From a virus (lineage: Duplodnaviria > Caudoviricetes), in the IMG/VR virus record IMGVR_UViG_3300020458_000006, positions 1 to 47,882 of that record: a DNA stretch of 47,882 bases. The stretch is one strand, 5' to 3'. Each line of letters starts with the position of its first letter. The stretch's first letter is position 1. The translations under genes were made by a program, and so were the position numbers. The notes below the pieces were generated by a model, which worked only from the letters and a program-made list of their open reading frames with translations, was not told the origin of the DNA and searched no databases. Shown in pieces: positions 16,675-24,807 of the stretch.

Positions 16675-17963
16675 GCGTGCAGGCAGAGCAAAGCATCATC
16701 TGCATGGCTATCCGGAACAATGCCCGGATGCAGGACTGCGACCTTGAGCCCTACGAGTTTGAGTCATGGCAGAACCAGGAGATTTTTAAGGTCATCCAGA
16801 CGCTGGTCAACGCCGGCAAGGTTGCCGATTTGGTGACAGTCGTAGAGGCGCTTGAGGATGCGTGCCCTGGCCAGGAGTTTGCCCCCTATCTGGCAACGCT
16901 GGTTGAGGAATCGTGGTCGATCAACAGCTTCGAGCAGTGCTGCGAGATTGTCCGTGACGATTTCCGCAAGATGCAGGCCATGGAAATCGCCAACGACCTA
17001 AAGCGCGGCCTTGAGTCAGGCGACCAGAGCAACGCAGTCGATACCGCTATCCAGCAACTCATGAGTCTGAACAGGGCTGGTCGCAATTATGACCATGACA
17101 TGCGCTCGGTTATGGCTGCGGGCATCCGCTTGGTTGATCAGGCGATGGACGCTGAAGGCCTGCTCGGGGTGGATACCGGACTGGCGGACCTTAACGACTG
17201 CCTGGGCGGCTTCCACTCCACTGACCTGATTGTGATTGGCGCCCGGCCCGCAATGGGTAAGACGGCACTGATGCTGAATCTGGCTCTGGCGGCAAAAGAA
17301 TCCGTTGGGATTATTTCGGCAGAGCAGGGGCACGAGCAAATGGGGCTTCGGTTGATCTCCATTGAAGGCAACCTGGACAGCCAGAAGTTGCGCACCGGCG
17401 GTTTCTACGACGAGGAATGGGACACACTGCAGAAGGCGGTCAGGCGATTGAGCGCGAAGAACATCCGTGTCAACGACGAGCCGGGCATCAGTATCAGCGG
17501 AATCATTCGTCAAGCCCGGGACTGGAAGTTCAAGTACGGGATCAAGGCTCTGTACGTGGACTACCTGCAGAAGATTCGCGCCACCGACAAGCGCATGAAA
17601 CGGCACGAACAAGTGGGCGAGGTTGCAGGCTTGCTCAAGAACCTGGCCCGTGAGCTGGAAATTCCGGTGATCGCACTGGCCCAGGTTAGCCGTGAGTGCG
17701 AGAAGCGCCCCAATAAGCGGCCACTGAATTCGGATCTGGCCGATGCGTCCGAGATCGAAAAAGAAGCCGATGAAATCCTGTTCCTGTACCGGGATGAGGT
17801 CTACAACTCAGATTCTCCGGACAAGGGCATTGCCGAAATCGACATTTCCAAGAACCGACACGGCCCCACCGGCACCGTGCGCTGCGTGTTCGTCGGCAAG
17901 TTCATGCAGTTCAAGGAGATTGCACCAAAAACCTACCAGGAACAGTACGGAGGTGCGTCATGA
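16671..17963 (+). CDS. dnaB: Replicative helicase, DnaB family
   Basis: GARPAMGKT, VDYLQ, ALAQVSR, KNRHGPTG. Confidence 0.95.
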   Translation: MSVQAEQSIICMAIRNNARMQDCDLEPYEFESWQNQEIFKVIQTLVNAGKVADLVTVVEALEDACPGQEFAPYLATLVEESWSINSFEQCCEIVRDDFRKMQAMEIANDLKRGLESGDQSNAVDTAIQQLMSLNRAGRNYDHDMRSVMAAGIRLVDQAMDAEGLLGVDTGLADLNDCLGGFHSTDLIVIGARPAMGKTALMLNLALAAKESVGIISAEQGHEQMGLRLISIEGNLDSQKLRTGGFYDEEWDTLQKAVRRLSAKNIRVNDEPGISISGIIRQARDWKFKYGIKALYVDYLQKIRATDKRMKRHEQVGEVAGLLKNLARELEIPVIALAQVSRECEKRPNKRPLNSDLADASEIEKEADEILFLYRDEVYNSDSPDKGIAEIDISKNRHGPTGTVRCVFVGKFMQFKEIAPKTYQEQYGGAS

Positions 17964-18223
17964 AATGCCCAGCCCAAAACACCAAGCTCGGAAAAGTCCT
18001 GCGCGCCATGAACAAGGCTGGCCTGGCCTCAGATACCGCAGTCACTGCCCGTATTCGGGAGCTGCGCAACGACTACCGCTGCGAGATTCCCCCGGCTAAG
18101 CCAGTCAAGCAACTGGATGGCTCGACCATCTACAAGTATGAGCTGAAGCGGGTGCCGCTGATGATTCGATTGGAGTTGACGAAAGAGCGCCGCAGGGGAT
18201 GGGTGCCGGGGGTGGCTGCGTAA
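17960..18223 (+). CDS. Small protein, partial winged-helix-like
   Basis: TAVTARIRELR...IYKYEL. Confidence 0.55.
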   Translation: MKCPAQNTKLGKVLRAMNKAGLASDTAVTARIRELRNDYRCEIPPAKPVKQLDGSTIYKYELKRVPLMIRLELTKERRRGWVPGVAA

Positions 18224-18531
18224 TGCCTATTCGACCAGAGATGAAAGCCAGATACCCCAAGGACTGGAAGTTGCGGAGTCGGTTTGTGCGCTTCTTCCGC
18301 GCCCGGAACCGTTGCGAATGGTGCGGCGCAAAGAACCATGAGCCGCACCCTGTAACCGGGAGCAAGGTGGTACTGACGACAGCGCATGTGTTCGACCATC
18401 GGCCGGAAGCGGCAAGCCTGTTAAATCTCGCCGCTCTATGCCAGCGGTGCCATAACCGCCATGACGCCAAGATGCGCAGAGCTAATGCAGCTGCGCGGAA
18501 ATCCGAATCACAGATGGAGATAGCGCTATGA
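18223..18531 (+). CDS. Small HNH-fold protein
   Basis: RCEWCG...LTTAHVFDH...NLAALCQRCHNRHD. Confidence 0.8.
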   Translation: MPIRPEMKARYPKDWKLRSRFVRFFRARNRCEWCGAKNHEPHPVTGSKVVLTTAHVFDHRPEAASLLNLAALCQRCHNRHDAKMRRANAAARKSESQMEIAL

Positions 18532-18866
18532 AGCCTTGGTATGGCAACGGAAACCCGCCAGTAGGGACAGTGTGCGACTACGTCATAGGCGAGGACGCGT
18601 ACAAGGTCACCGTGGTTGCTTACTACAACGATGAAATTGTTGTTGAGCAGCACGATGCAGCCCCGCAATACACCGGCGTTCAGCCCGGCTACCTCAAGCC
18701 ATTCAACCACAAAGAGCGGGAACGGCTGGTTGATATGGCTGACCAGCTTACCCAAAAGTTTGATGGCAGCTACAAGGCTCGTGACGTGTTCGGGATCTTG
18801 TTTGATCTGGGGATGCTGCGAGAGCCGCCGGGAGAGAAAGAAAGCGAGGAGGAAGATCGGTGGTGA
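18528..18866 (+). CDS. Phage hypothetical protein
   Basis: Coupled ORF with SD GGAG. Confidence 0.6.
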   Translation: MKPWYGNGNPPVGTVCDYVIGEDAYKVTVVAYYNDEIVVEQHDAAPQYTGVQPGYLKPFNHKERERLVDMADQLTQKFDGSYKARDVFGILFDLGMLREPPGEKESEEEDRW

Positions 18867-19072
18867 CCAATCAATGCGACGGCTGCCAGCGCGGCCTACC
18901 CATAGAAACCAGTCGCTTCGGCAGCAAGCTTCACCGGGATCAGGGAGGCGCCTTTGCCTGCGCCTCTGGCCGCTATCGGCTGGAGCTTGAGCCCAAGAGC
19001 CGGGATACCTGGCATCAGCCTGAGAAGCGCCTGAGTCAGAGTGCACCGTTTGTTTGTGGGGGTGGCCGGTGA
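18860..19072 (+). CDS. Small Cys-containing hypothetical protein
   Basis: NQCDGCQRGLP. Confidence 0.5.
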   Translation: MVTNQCDGCQRGLPIETSRFGSKLHRDQGGAFACASGRYRLELEPKSRDTWHQPEKRLSQSAPFVCGGGR

Positions 19073-19272
19073 ACGCAGTAGATCATAAGCACGACTGCAT
19101 AAACCGCCCCGCTACCGATAAGTTTGGCTCATACCCTGCGCAGGACGGCTGGGAGAATGGCAAGCCGAGGATGGTGATGGTGCAGACCCCTTGGAAAAAG
19201 ATGGGCTGTGGATACAGCGAGAGGGCGTCTGACGAGGGGTGTGGAAATTGTCGGTGGAGGTACGTGAAGTGA
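19069..19272 (+). CDS. Small Cys-rich hypothetical protein
   Basis: GTGA-coupled; CGY...GCGNCRW. Confidence 0.5.
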   Translation: MNAVDHKHDCINRPATDKFGSYPAQDGWENGKPRMVMVQTPWKKMGCGYSERASDEGCGNCRWRYVK

Positions 19273-19778
19273 GGAAGGGAATCGGAAGCCACCAATCAGC
19301 CGCCATGAAGAACGACGAGTGGCTAACCCCGCCAGAGATTATCGAGGCGCTGGGCGAGTTTGACCTTGACCCGTGCAGCCCTGGCGCTCGCCGTCCATGG
19401 GATACCGCCAAGGAACACTACGGCGTTTCCGATGATGGCCTGACAAAGTTATGGAATGGCCGAGTCTGGCTGAATCCTCCATATGGGCGTGAAGCCGCCG
19501 CATGGCTGGACAGGCTGGCCGAACACGGAAACGGCATTGCGCTGATCTTCGCACGCACTGAAACCGACATGTTTTTCCGTCACGTCTGGGAGAGGGCGGA
19601 CGCCATTTTGTTTCTTCGCGGACGCCTGCACTTCCATTTCGTCACCGGAGAGCGGGCGAAAGCGAACAGCGGCGCGCCATCCTGCTTGGTCGCATACGGC
19701 TTGAATAACGTCTGGGCGCTTGACCGTTCAGGGCTGGATGGCCGCTTGGTGATCCTGAATCAATCGGAGGTTGCGTAA
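19269..19778 (+). CDS. Orphan phage N6-adenine DNA methyltransferase (phage Dam-like)
   Basis: DEWLTPPEI, FDLDPC, VWLNPPY motifs. Confidence 0.88.
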   Translation: MRKGIGSHQSAAMKNDEWLTPPEIIEALGEFDLDPCSPGARRPWDTAKEHYGVSDDGLTKLWNGRVWLNPPYGREAAAWLDRLAEHGNGIALIFARTETDMFFRHVWERADAILFLRGRLHFHFVTGERAKANSGAPSCLVAYGLNNVWALDRSGLDGRLVILNQSEVA

Positions 19779-19999
19779 TGCAAGACGAAATCCTGAATCA
19801 GCGAATCATTCGGTTTCTCGGGGAATGTCCTCGCAGCAAGTCCGAGCTGTTTCTGCTGATCGGCAAAACCGACGAAGTGCGCCATGCCCTGACCGATTTG
19901 ATGGACGAGGGCCGGGTAACACTGGCGATTGATGGTTACCGGTACGAGCTGGCACGCGGCGGTTATTGCCCGGACCCTGAGCCACAGGGGGCAGCATGA
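19778..19999 (+). CDS. Small winged-helix protein
   Basis: IIRFLGECPRSKSELF...VRHALTDLMDEGRV. Confidence 0.55.
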   Translation: MQDEILNQRIIRFLGECPRSKSELFLLIGKTDEVRHALTDLMDEGRVTLAIDGYRYELARGGYCPDPEPQGAA

Positions 20000-20418
20000 G
20001 CGATACGCTGATTATCAACTCCGAAATCGCCCTCGCTCAAGCCCAGCGCAAACTGGCTGAAATGTGGCGCGAGAACAAGTACGTAGAGGTGGAGTTCCGG
20101 CGCAAGGCGAAACAGCGGACGTTGACGCAAAACCGAGCGCTGCATCTGTTCTGCCAATGGCTGGCCGACACGCTCAACGATGCCGGGTATGACATGCGCA
20201 AGACGCTGCGGCAGGACGTTGATATTCCCTGGACTCAGGAATCAGTCAAGGAGCACCTCTGGCGCCCCATCCAGATTGCCATGACCGACAAGCGCAGCAC
20301 GACCGAGATCACCACGGTTGAACCGACAGAGATTCACGCGGTGCTTTCGAGGCACCTGGGGCAGAAGTTGGGCATTGCATGTCCGGCATGGCCGAAGCGG
20401 GAGGATAAGGCGGCATGA
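19996..20418 (+). CDS. NinB/Orf-like recombination protein
   Basis: QRTLTQNRALHLFCQWLA...STTEIT. Confidence 0.65.
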   Translation: MSDTLIINSEIALAQAQRKLAEMWRENKYVEVEFRRKAKQRTLTQNRALHLFCQWLADTLNDAGYDMRKTLRQDVDIPWTQESVKEHLWRPIQIAMTDKRSTTEITTVEPTEIHAVLSRHLGQKLGIACPAWPKREDKAA

Positions 20419-20633
20419 CCAGAGACGAGTTCAAGCGCCACCTGAAAGCGAGCGTCCATATCGGCACCGGCCAGACCCGGAAGCGCGATAAGCAGGCTGA
20501 CAGTGCGGAGATCGAGCTGCTAACTCGGGACTTCCTGGCCAACGGCGGGCAGATCCAGGAGCTGGCGAGCGAGCAGCAACGGCCGCACCGGAGCCCGGCG
20601 TTCAACCCTGGCGATATTGGGGGTGAGGTGTGA
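20415..20633 (+). CDS. Small protein with SutA-like RNAP-binding motif
   Basis: EIELLTRDFLANGGQIQEL resembles the SutA FLxxGGxVQE core. Confidence 0.5.
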   Translation: MTRDEFKRHLKASVHIGTGQTRKRDKQADSAEIELLTRDFLANGGQIQELASEQQRPHRSPAFNPGDIGGEV

Positions 20634-21178
20634 AGAAATGCCGTGTGTGCAAAACCAAGTTTGAGCCGTTCAACTCGCTCCAGCAGGTTTGCAGCACCGC
20701 CTGCGCATTGCAGAAAGCGCAGAAAGACTTTCAGAAAGATGCAGAAAGGAAGGCGAAAGAGCAGCGCAAGTGGATACGGGAGCAAAAGGCCAAAGTGAAA
20801 TCCCGGGGCGAACACCTGAAGGAAGCTCAGCAGGCGTTTAACGCATACATCCGGGAGCGTGACCGGCACCGGCCCTGCATATCGTGCGGGACGTACACGG
20901 CCGGCCAGTATCACGCGGGCCACTACCGCACCACCAAGGCGGCACCGGAGCTGCGTTTCGAGGAACTGAATTGCCACAAGCAGTGCGCGCAGTGCAACAA
21001 CTTCGACAGCGGAAATATTGTGGAGTATCGCATCAGCCTGATCCAGCGGATCGGACAAGAGGCAGTTGACTGGCTCGAAGGCCCGCACGAAGCGAAACAC
21101 TACGCCACGGATGAGTTGAAAGAGATCAAGCGGAAGTATCGGGCGATGAAACGGGAACTGGAGAGGGCGGCAGCATGA
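20630..21178 (+). CDS. ninG: NinG/Rap endonuclease
   Basis: AFNAYIRERD..PCISCG..HAGHYR..LRFEELNCHKQCAQCN. Confidence 0.9.
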   Translation: MKKCRVCKTKFEPFNSLQQVCSTACALQKAQKDFQKDAERKAKEQRKWIREQKAKVKSRGEHLKEAQQAFNAYIRERDRHRPCISCGTYTAGQYHAGHYRTTKAAPELRFEELNCHKQCAQCNNFDSGNIVEYRISLIQRIGQEAVDWLEGPHEAKHYATDELKEIKRKYRAMKRELERAAA

Positions 21179-21738
21179 TGAGCATTCGAGATTGGCTGAA
21201 ACAGAACGCGGAACTGATCAACTGCGAGTACGGAGGAAGGCAGTGGGTCACGAAAATGCGTGGCGACTACATAACCCTGGAGGGCATGGAAAGCAAGCTT
21301 AGCTACCTTGTGGAGCGGGGGATAACCGAGAACGTTGCATCGATTTGGGAGGCGGGAAAGCCGATCAGCATTGGCTTCAATCCGGTTGAGCAGAAGTGGT
21401 ACGGGTGGTCTCATCGAGCAATTTACGGATTCGGCATCGGCTCCACATGTAAGCGCGGGGATTGCCACTATCGACCGACCGACAAAGATGACTTTTTGCA
21501 GGATTGCATGCGCTTCTGGGCGGATGATCTGCACAACCAAGTGCGCGCAGAGCATTGCGGTGATCATGTGCTTGTGGAGTGGGAATACAGCCACGCCACG
21601 CCGAATGAAAGCCTGCGGGGCCACATAGGCGGGGTTCAGTGTCCCTATCCCGGCAAGTGGGGCAAGGGAGAATGGGTGGCCGAGTCGCTGGCAGATGCAA
21701 GGCAGATGGCTGTTGATTTCGCTGACAGCGTGGCATGA
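21175..21738 (+). CDS. Phage hypothetical protein
   Basis: Coupled ORF; KWYGWSHRAIYGFGIG block. Confidence 0.65.
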   Translation: MMSIRDWLKQNAELINCEYGGRQWVTKMRGDYITLEGMESKLSYLVERGITENVASIWEAGKPISIGFNPVEQKWYGWSHRAIYGFGIGSTCKRGDCHYRPTDKDDFLQDCMRFWADDLHNQVRAEHCGDHVLVEWEYSHATPNESLRGHIGGVQCPYPGKWGKGEWVAESLADARQMAVDFADSVA

Positions 21739-22004
21739 ACCAACTAACCGCCATCATCTCCGGCAAACGCTGCACCATGCTCACAGGCCAAAGCTTGGAA
21801 GAAGCCGCGCGCAGCTGCCGGGATCGGTTCGGGCATAGGTTCGAGGGCTTCGGGCCAATCCCGACAGAGACAAAGGCGCGAGCGAAGTGGGCAGAGTATC
21901 GGGCCAAGGCAGTTACCAGGGACGAACTGGAGGCATGGCTGAAGGATCAGGATGATGAACAGGAGATCAGGGCGATGTTTAACCAGCTGAGGAATGCAGC
22001 ATGA
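21735..22004 (+). CDS. Phage hypothetical protein
   Basis: Coupled ORF. Confidence 0.6.
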   Translation: MNQLTAIISGKRCTMLTGQSLEEAARSCRDRFGHRFEGFGPIPTETKARAKWAEYRAKAVTRDELEAWLKDQDDEQEIRAMFNQLRNAA

Positions 22005-22225
22005 CCGACCAGCACCCAGACCCAGAGCGTTACTGGAAACACAGGCGGCGACTCGCCTACACGGCCATGGGAGCTCTACTGCTCACGTTGGCAGCGGCAT
22101 TGTTTGCTCCGGTACGCCCCTCATCTGTCCCTCTGCTGGAAGGTCTGGCGTGGGTCTTTGGGGCAATCGTCATTGGTTACTACGGGAACAACGCCATCGA
22201 ATCGTTCAGTAAGGGGCGCAAATGA
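22001..22225 (+). CDS. Two-TM holin-like protein
   Basis: Two hydrophobic helices, basic C-terminus, directly before the spanins. Confidence 0.6.
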   Translation: MTDQHPDPERYWKHRRRLAYTAMGALLLTLAAALFAPVRPSSVPLLEGLAWVFGAIVIGYYGNNAIESFSKGRK

Positions 22226-22617
22226 TCGGGAAGCTGCTCACCTCAAAGGCCCTGCCCTGGTTATCCGGCGGGCTGATCGTTCTGATCCTCGGGCTACTCA
22301 CTGCCGTGTACGCACTCCACTCCCGTAACGGCGCGCTGAACGAGAAGGTGGGCAACCTGGGAGCCGAGAACGTCATGCTGGCCGAGTCGCTGCGCAACCA
22401 GTCAGAGAGCTATCAGGCGCTGGCCGCTGAGCTGAAAAGGCGCGACCAACTTGTTATGCAGGCACACCAGGCAAGAAAGAAATCAGAGAGGAAAGCCCGT
22501 GAACAGATCGAAGCCTTACGCCAGGCGCTGGCCAACGATGAGTGTGCTGGCCGCCCTCACCCTCCCGCTATTGCTGACATCCTGCGCGCGGGATCCAGTG
22601 ATCGAGTACAGGACTGA
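22222..22617 (+). CDS. i-spanin (Rz-like)
   Basis: N-terminal TM, coiled coil, late Cys, overlapped lipoprotein gene. Confidence 0.8.
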   Translation: MIGKLLTSKALPWLSGGLIVLILGLLTAVYALHSRNGALNEKVGNLGAENVMLAESLRNQSESYQALAAELKRRDQLVMQAHQARKKSERKAREQIEALRQALANDECAGRPHPPAIADILRAGSSDRVQD

Positions 22618-22798
22618 GTATGTGTATCCGCCCTCTGTGCTCCTGCAGCCCAACCCTGTACCTGAGTACCGGGGCACTGATTGGGGAGATATTCCGGAAC
22701 ATTGCGCTGAGGTTCAGCGAGTTCTCAGCGACTGCAACGCAGATAAGACCGCGCTCCGACAATGGGCAGGTGATGACGATAAGGAGGATAACCGGTGA
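22538..22798 (+). CDS. o-spanin (Rz1-like lipoprotein)
   Basis: MSVLAALTLPLLLTSC lipobox, Pro-rich, CNADK..LRQW; +1 frame overlap with Rz. Confidence 0.82.
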   Translation: MSVLAALTLPLLLTSCARDPVIEYRTEYVYPPSVLLQPNPVPEYRGTDWGDIPEHCAEVQRVLSDCNADKTALRQWAGDDDKEDNR

Positions 22799-23175
22799 CA
22801 TTGGTTGAAGAGATCGCTCAAGAAGCGGGCCTTGAGGTGATGATGCTGGTTTGCCAGATCTGGGGCGGCCAGACGCTCTACATCCCCGACAACCCGAAAC
22901 CGGATCACCCGATAGCCCAGGACATCGGTTATGAAAACCTGCTCCACCTGGTTGCACTCTACGGCGGTCAGACAATCCACCCCCCCTCCCTGGAGCGCCC
23001 CCACCTGGCACAGAGGGCTAAGGCACGCTTCCTCAAGCAGACCGGGCTATCTGAGCGGCGCATCGCGTGGGTACTCGGCGTCAGCGTTAATCGAATCAAG
23101 TACATGCTCAACGGCAACAAGGCGAACGCCCAATGGCACGAGCGGCAGGAGATGGAGCAGGAGTTAGGCGCGTGA
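22795..23175 (+). CDS. Mor/C-like transcription activator
   Basis: WGGQTLYIP and YGGQTIHPP, C-terminal HTH SERRIAWVLGVSVNRIKYML. Confidence 0.7.
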   Translation: MTLVEEIAQEAGLEVMMLVCQIWGGQTLYIPDNPKPDHPIAQDIGYENLLHLVALYGGQTIHPPSLERPHLAQRAKARFLKQTGLSERRIAWVLGVSVNRIKYMLNGNKANAQWHERQEMEQELGA

Positions 23176-24164
23176 GCTATCAGTGCCAGCGCTGCGGAAA
23201 ACCTTTTGGTGGCCGGAAAAGAAAGTATTGTTGTGAGCAATGCGCAGCTGGCGCAAAGAAGGCGCGCGACCGGCTCAGGCAAAAGACGTTCAAGCCCCGG
23301 CGAAATCCAACGCCCATCGTCAATGGAATGAGAGAATGCTTGCACTGCAGAGAGGCTAAGGCGCTGACAACCTTTGTGACTTCAAAGGCGTCGAAGTCCG
23401 GCTACCTCAGCACATGCCGACAATGCGACCAGGCTCGGCGGCAGTGCCGTTCGAAGCGTCAGGCGGCAGACAGGGCTATCATCAAGCGGCAGGAATGCAA
23501 TACCCATTACTGCGATCTTAGTCAGGCAAGCGCCTATCGGTTTATGGCATCTCTATTGAACGAGGATGGATCTCTCAACAAGGAAGATCAGGTCGGCTAC
23601 TACTCTGCGATCAGAAGGCTGAGCAGCGGGGATGTCGATAGGGAAATCCGGGCAAGAATCCGCCGGAAGCGCTTGGAGTCAGAGATTCTCAGGCAGCGCG
23701 AGGCGTCCCGCAAGAAAGCCCGCAAGCTGAGAATCATCAAGGCGGGCAACCATAGGAGCAAAATGGAGGCAGCCCGGGCACTTGATGCCGAAGGCCTGCC
23801 CACTGAAACGATTAACCGAAACCTCTACCAGAGAATGAGGGGGCACGTCAGGAAGCACCAGAGGAGGGGGCGGGTTGCGGTGCTTCCTCCCTCATCGTGG
23901 ATTTATAGCGAGAGCTCATTCCGTACCACATTCGGGTATTCGCCAGATGAGCTGAGGATTCACCTCGAGCGGCAGTTCGGTAAGTCGATGACATGGGGCA
24001 AGTTCATAGCCGGACTGATCCACATTGACCACGTCATCCCCGCGTCCCGGTTTGACCTGGCAGACCGAAAGGAATTTGGCGTTTGCTATTCGCTCCCAAA
24101 CCTCCAGCCAATGTTTGCGCGCCAAAATATTTCTAAGCGAGACAAGAGGTTGACGCTTTTATGA
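23172..24164 (+). CDS. Zn-finger plus HNH endonuclease upstream of terS
   Basis: CQRC..YCCEQC, CLHC, CRQC; HIDHVIP...NLQPMFARQNISK. Confidence 0.78.
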   Translation: MSYQCQRCGKPFGGRKRKYCCEQCAAGAKKARDRLRQKTFKPRRNPTPIVNGMRECLHCREAKALTTFVTSKASKSGYLSTCRQCDQARRQCRSKRQAADRAIIKRQECNTHYCDLSQASAYRFMASLLNEDGSLNKEDQVGYYSAIRRLSSGDVDREIRARIRRKRLESEILRQREASRKKARKLRIIKAGNHRSKMEAARALDAEGLPTETINRNLYQRMRGHVRKHQRRGRVAVLPPSSWIYSESSFRTTFGYSPDELRIHLERQFGKSMTWGKFIAGLIHIDHVIPASRFDLADRKEFGVCYSLPNLQPMFARQNISKRDKRLTLL

Positions 24165-24291
24165 AACCGCTGAAGCTTCTGAGAAAAAATGAGCCGTACG
24201 GGGGCGCAGAAGCGCGAAGTTTGGCAAATTTTCGGGCTCCCATGGCTCCACCACCGCGAGCCCTTGGGGCGCGTGGCTTCGCGATTAACGG

Positions 24292-24807
24292 GTGGTGAAG
24301 GTGGCGGCTGAAATCAACAAGTTAGCGGATGCCTATAACTGGAACATTACCCGGCTGGCGGACGCCTTCGGGATGGACCGGGGTACCGTCCGCCGGCGGT
24401 TGAGGGAAGCGGGGGTGGTTCCGGCCGGCCAGAAGAATGGCGTCAGCGTTTACGCTCTCAAAGATGCGGGCCCCGCATTGTTTGGCGATGTAGTGACCGG
24501 CACCGGCGCAGACCCGGACGATATGCATCCCAAGGATCGCAAAGACTGGTACCAGTCGGAAAACGAGCGCATCAAGCTCGAAAAGGAAATGCGCTCTCTG
24601 GTACCGGTCGAGGAAGTGCATCGGGAGATGAGCCGGCTGGCCAAGTCAATTGCGAGCTCGCTTGATAGCTTGCCGGACTTACTCGAACGGGATGCAGGGC
24701 TGCCTGCTGATGCCATCGATCTGGTTGAAGGCGTCACCGACAATCTGAGAGAGCAAATGTACCGGGCCATTGTTGACGACGAAGAGGAGCTGGCGGCGAA
24801 TGGCTAG
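24292..24807 (+). CDS. Terminase small subunit (DUF1441-like)
   Basis: WNITRLADAFGMDRGTVRRRL HTH; RKDWYQSENERIKLE. Confidence 0.85.
   Translation: MVKVAAEINKLADAYNWNITRLADAFGMDRGTVRRRLREAGVVPAGQKNGVSVYALKDAGPALFGDVVTGTGADPDDMHPKDRKDWYQSENERIKLEKEMRSLVPVEEVHREMSRLAKSIASSLDSLPDLLERDAGLPADAIDLVEGVTDNLREQMYRAIVDDEEELAANG

Noticed and set aside
24165-24300. cos site, or a type I-C repeat-like GGGCGCGTGG
   Set aside because: Position suits cos, but no cohesive end can be called by eye; the repeat match lacks the ATTGAAAC end
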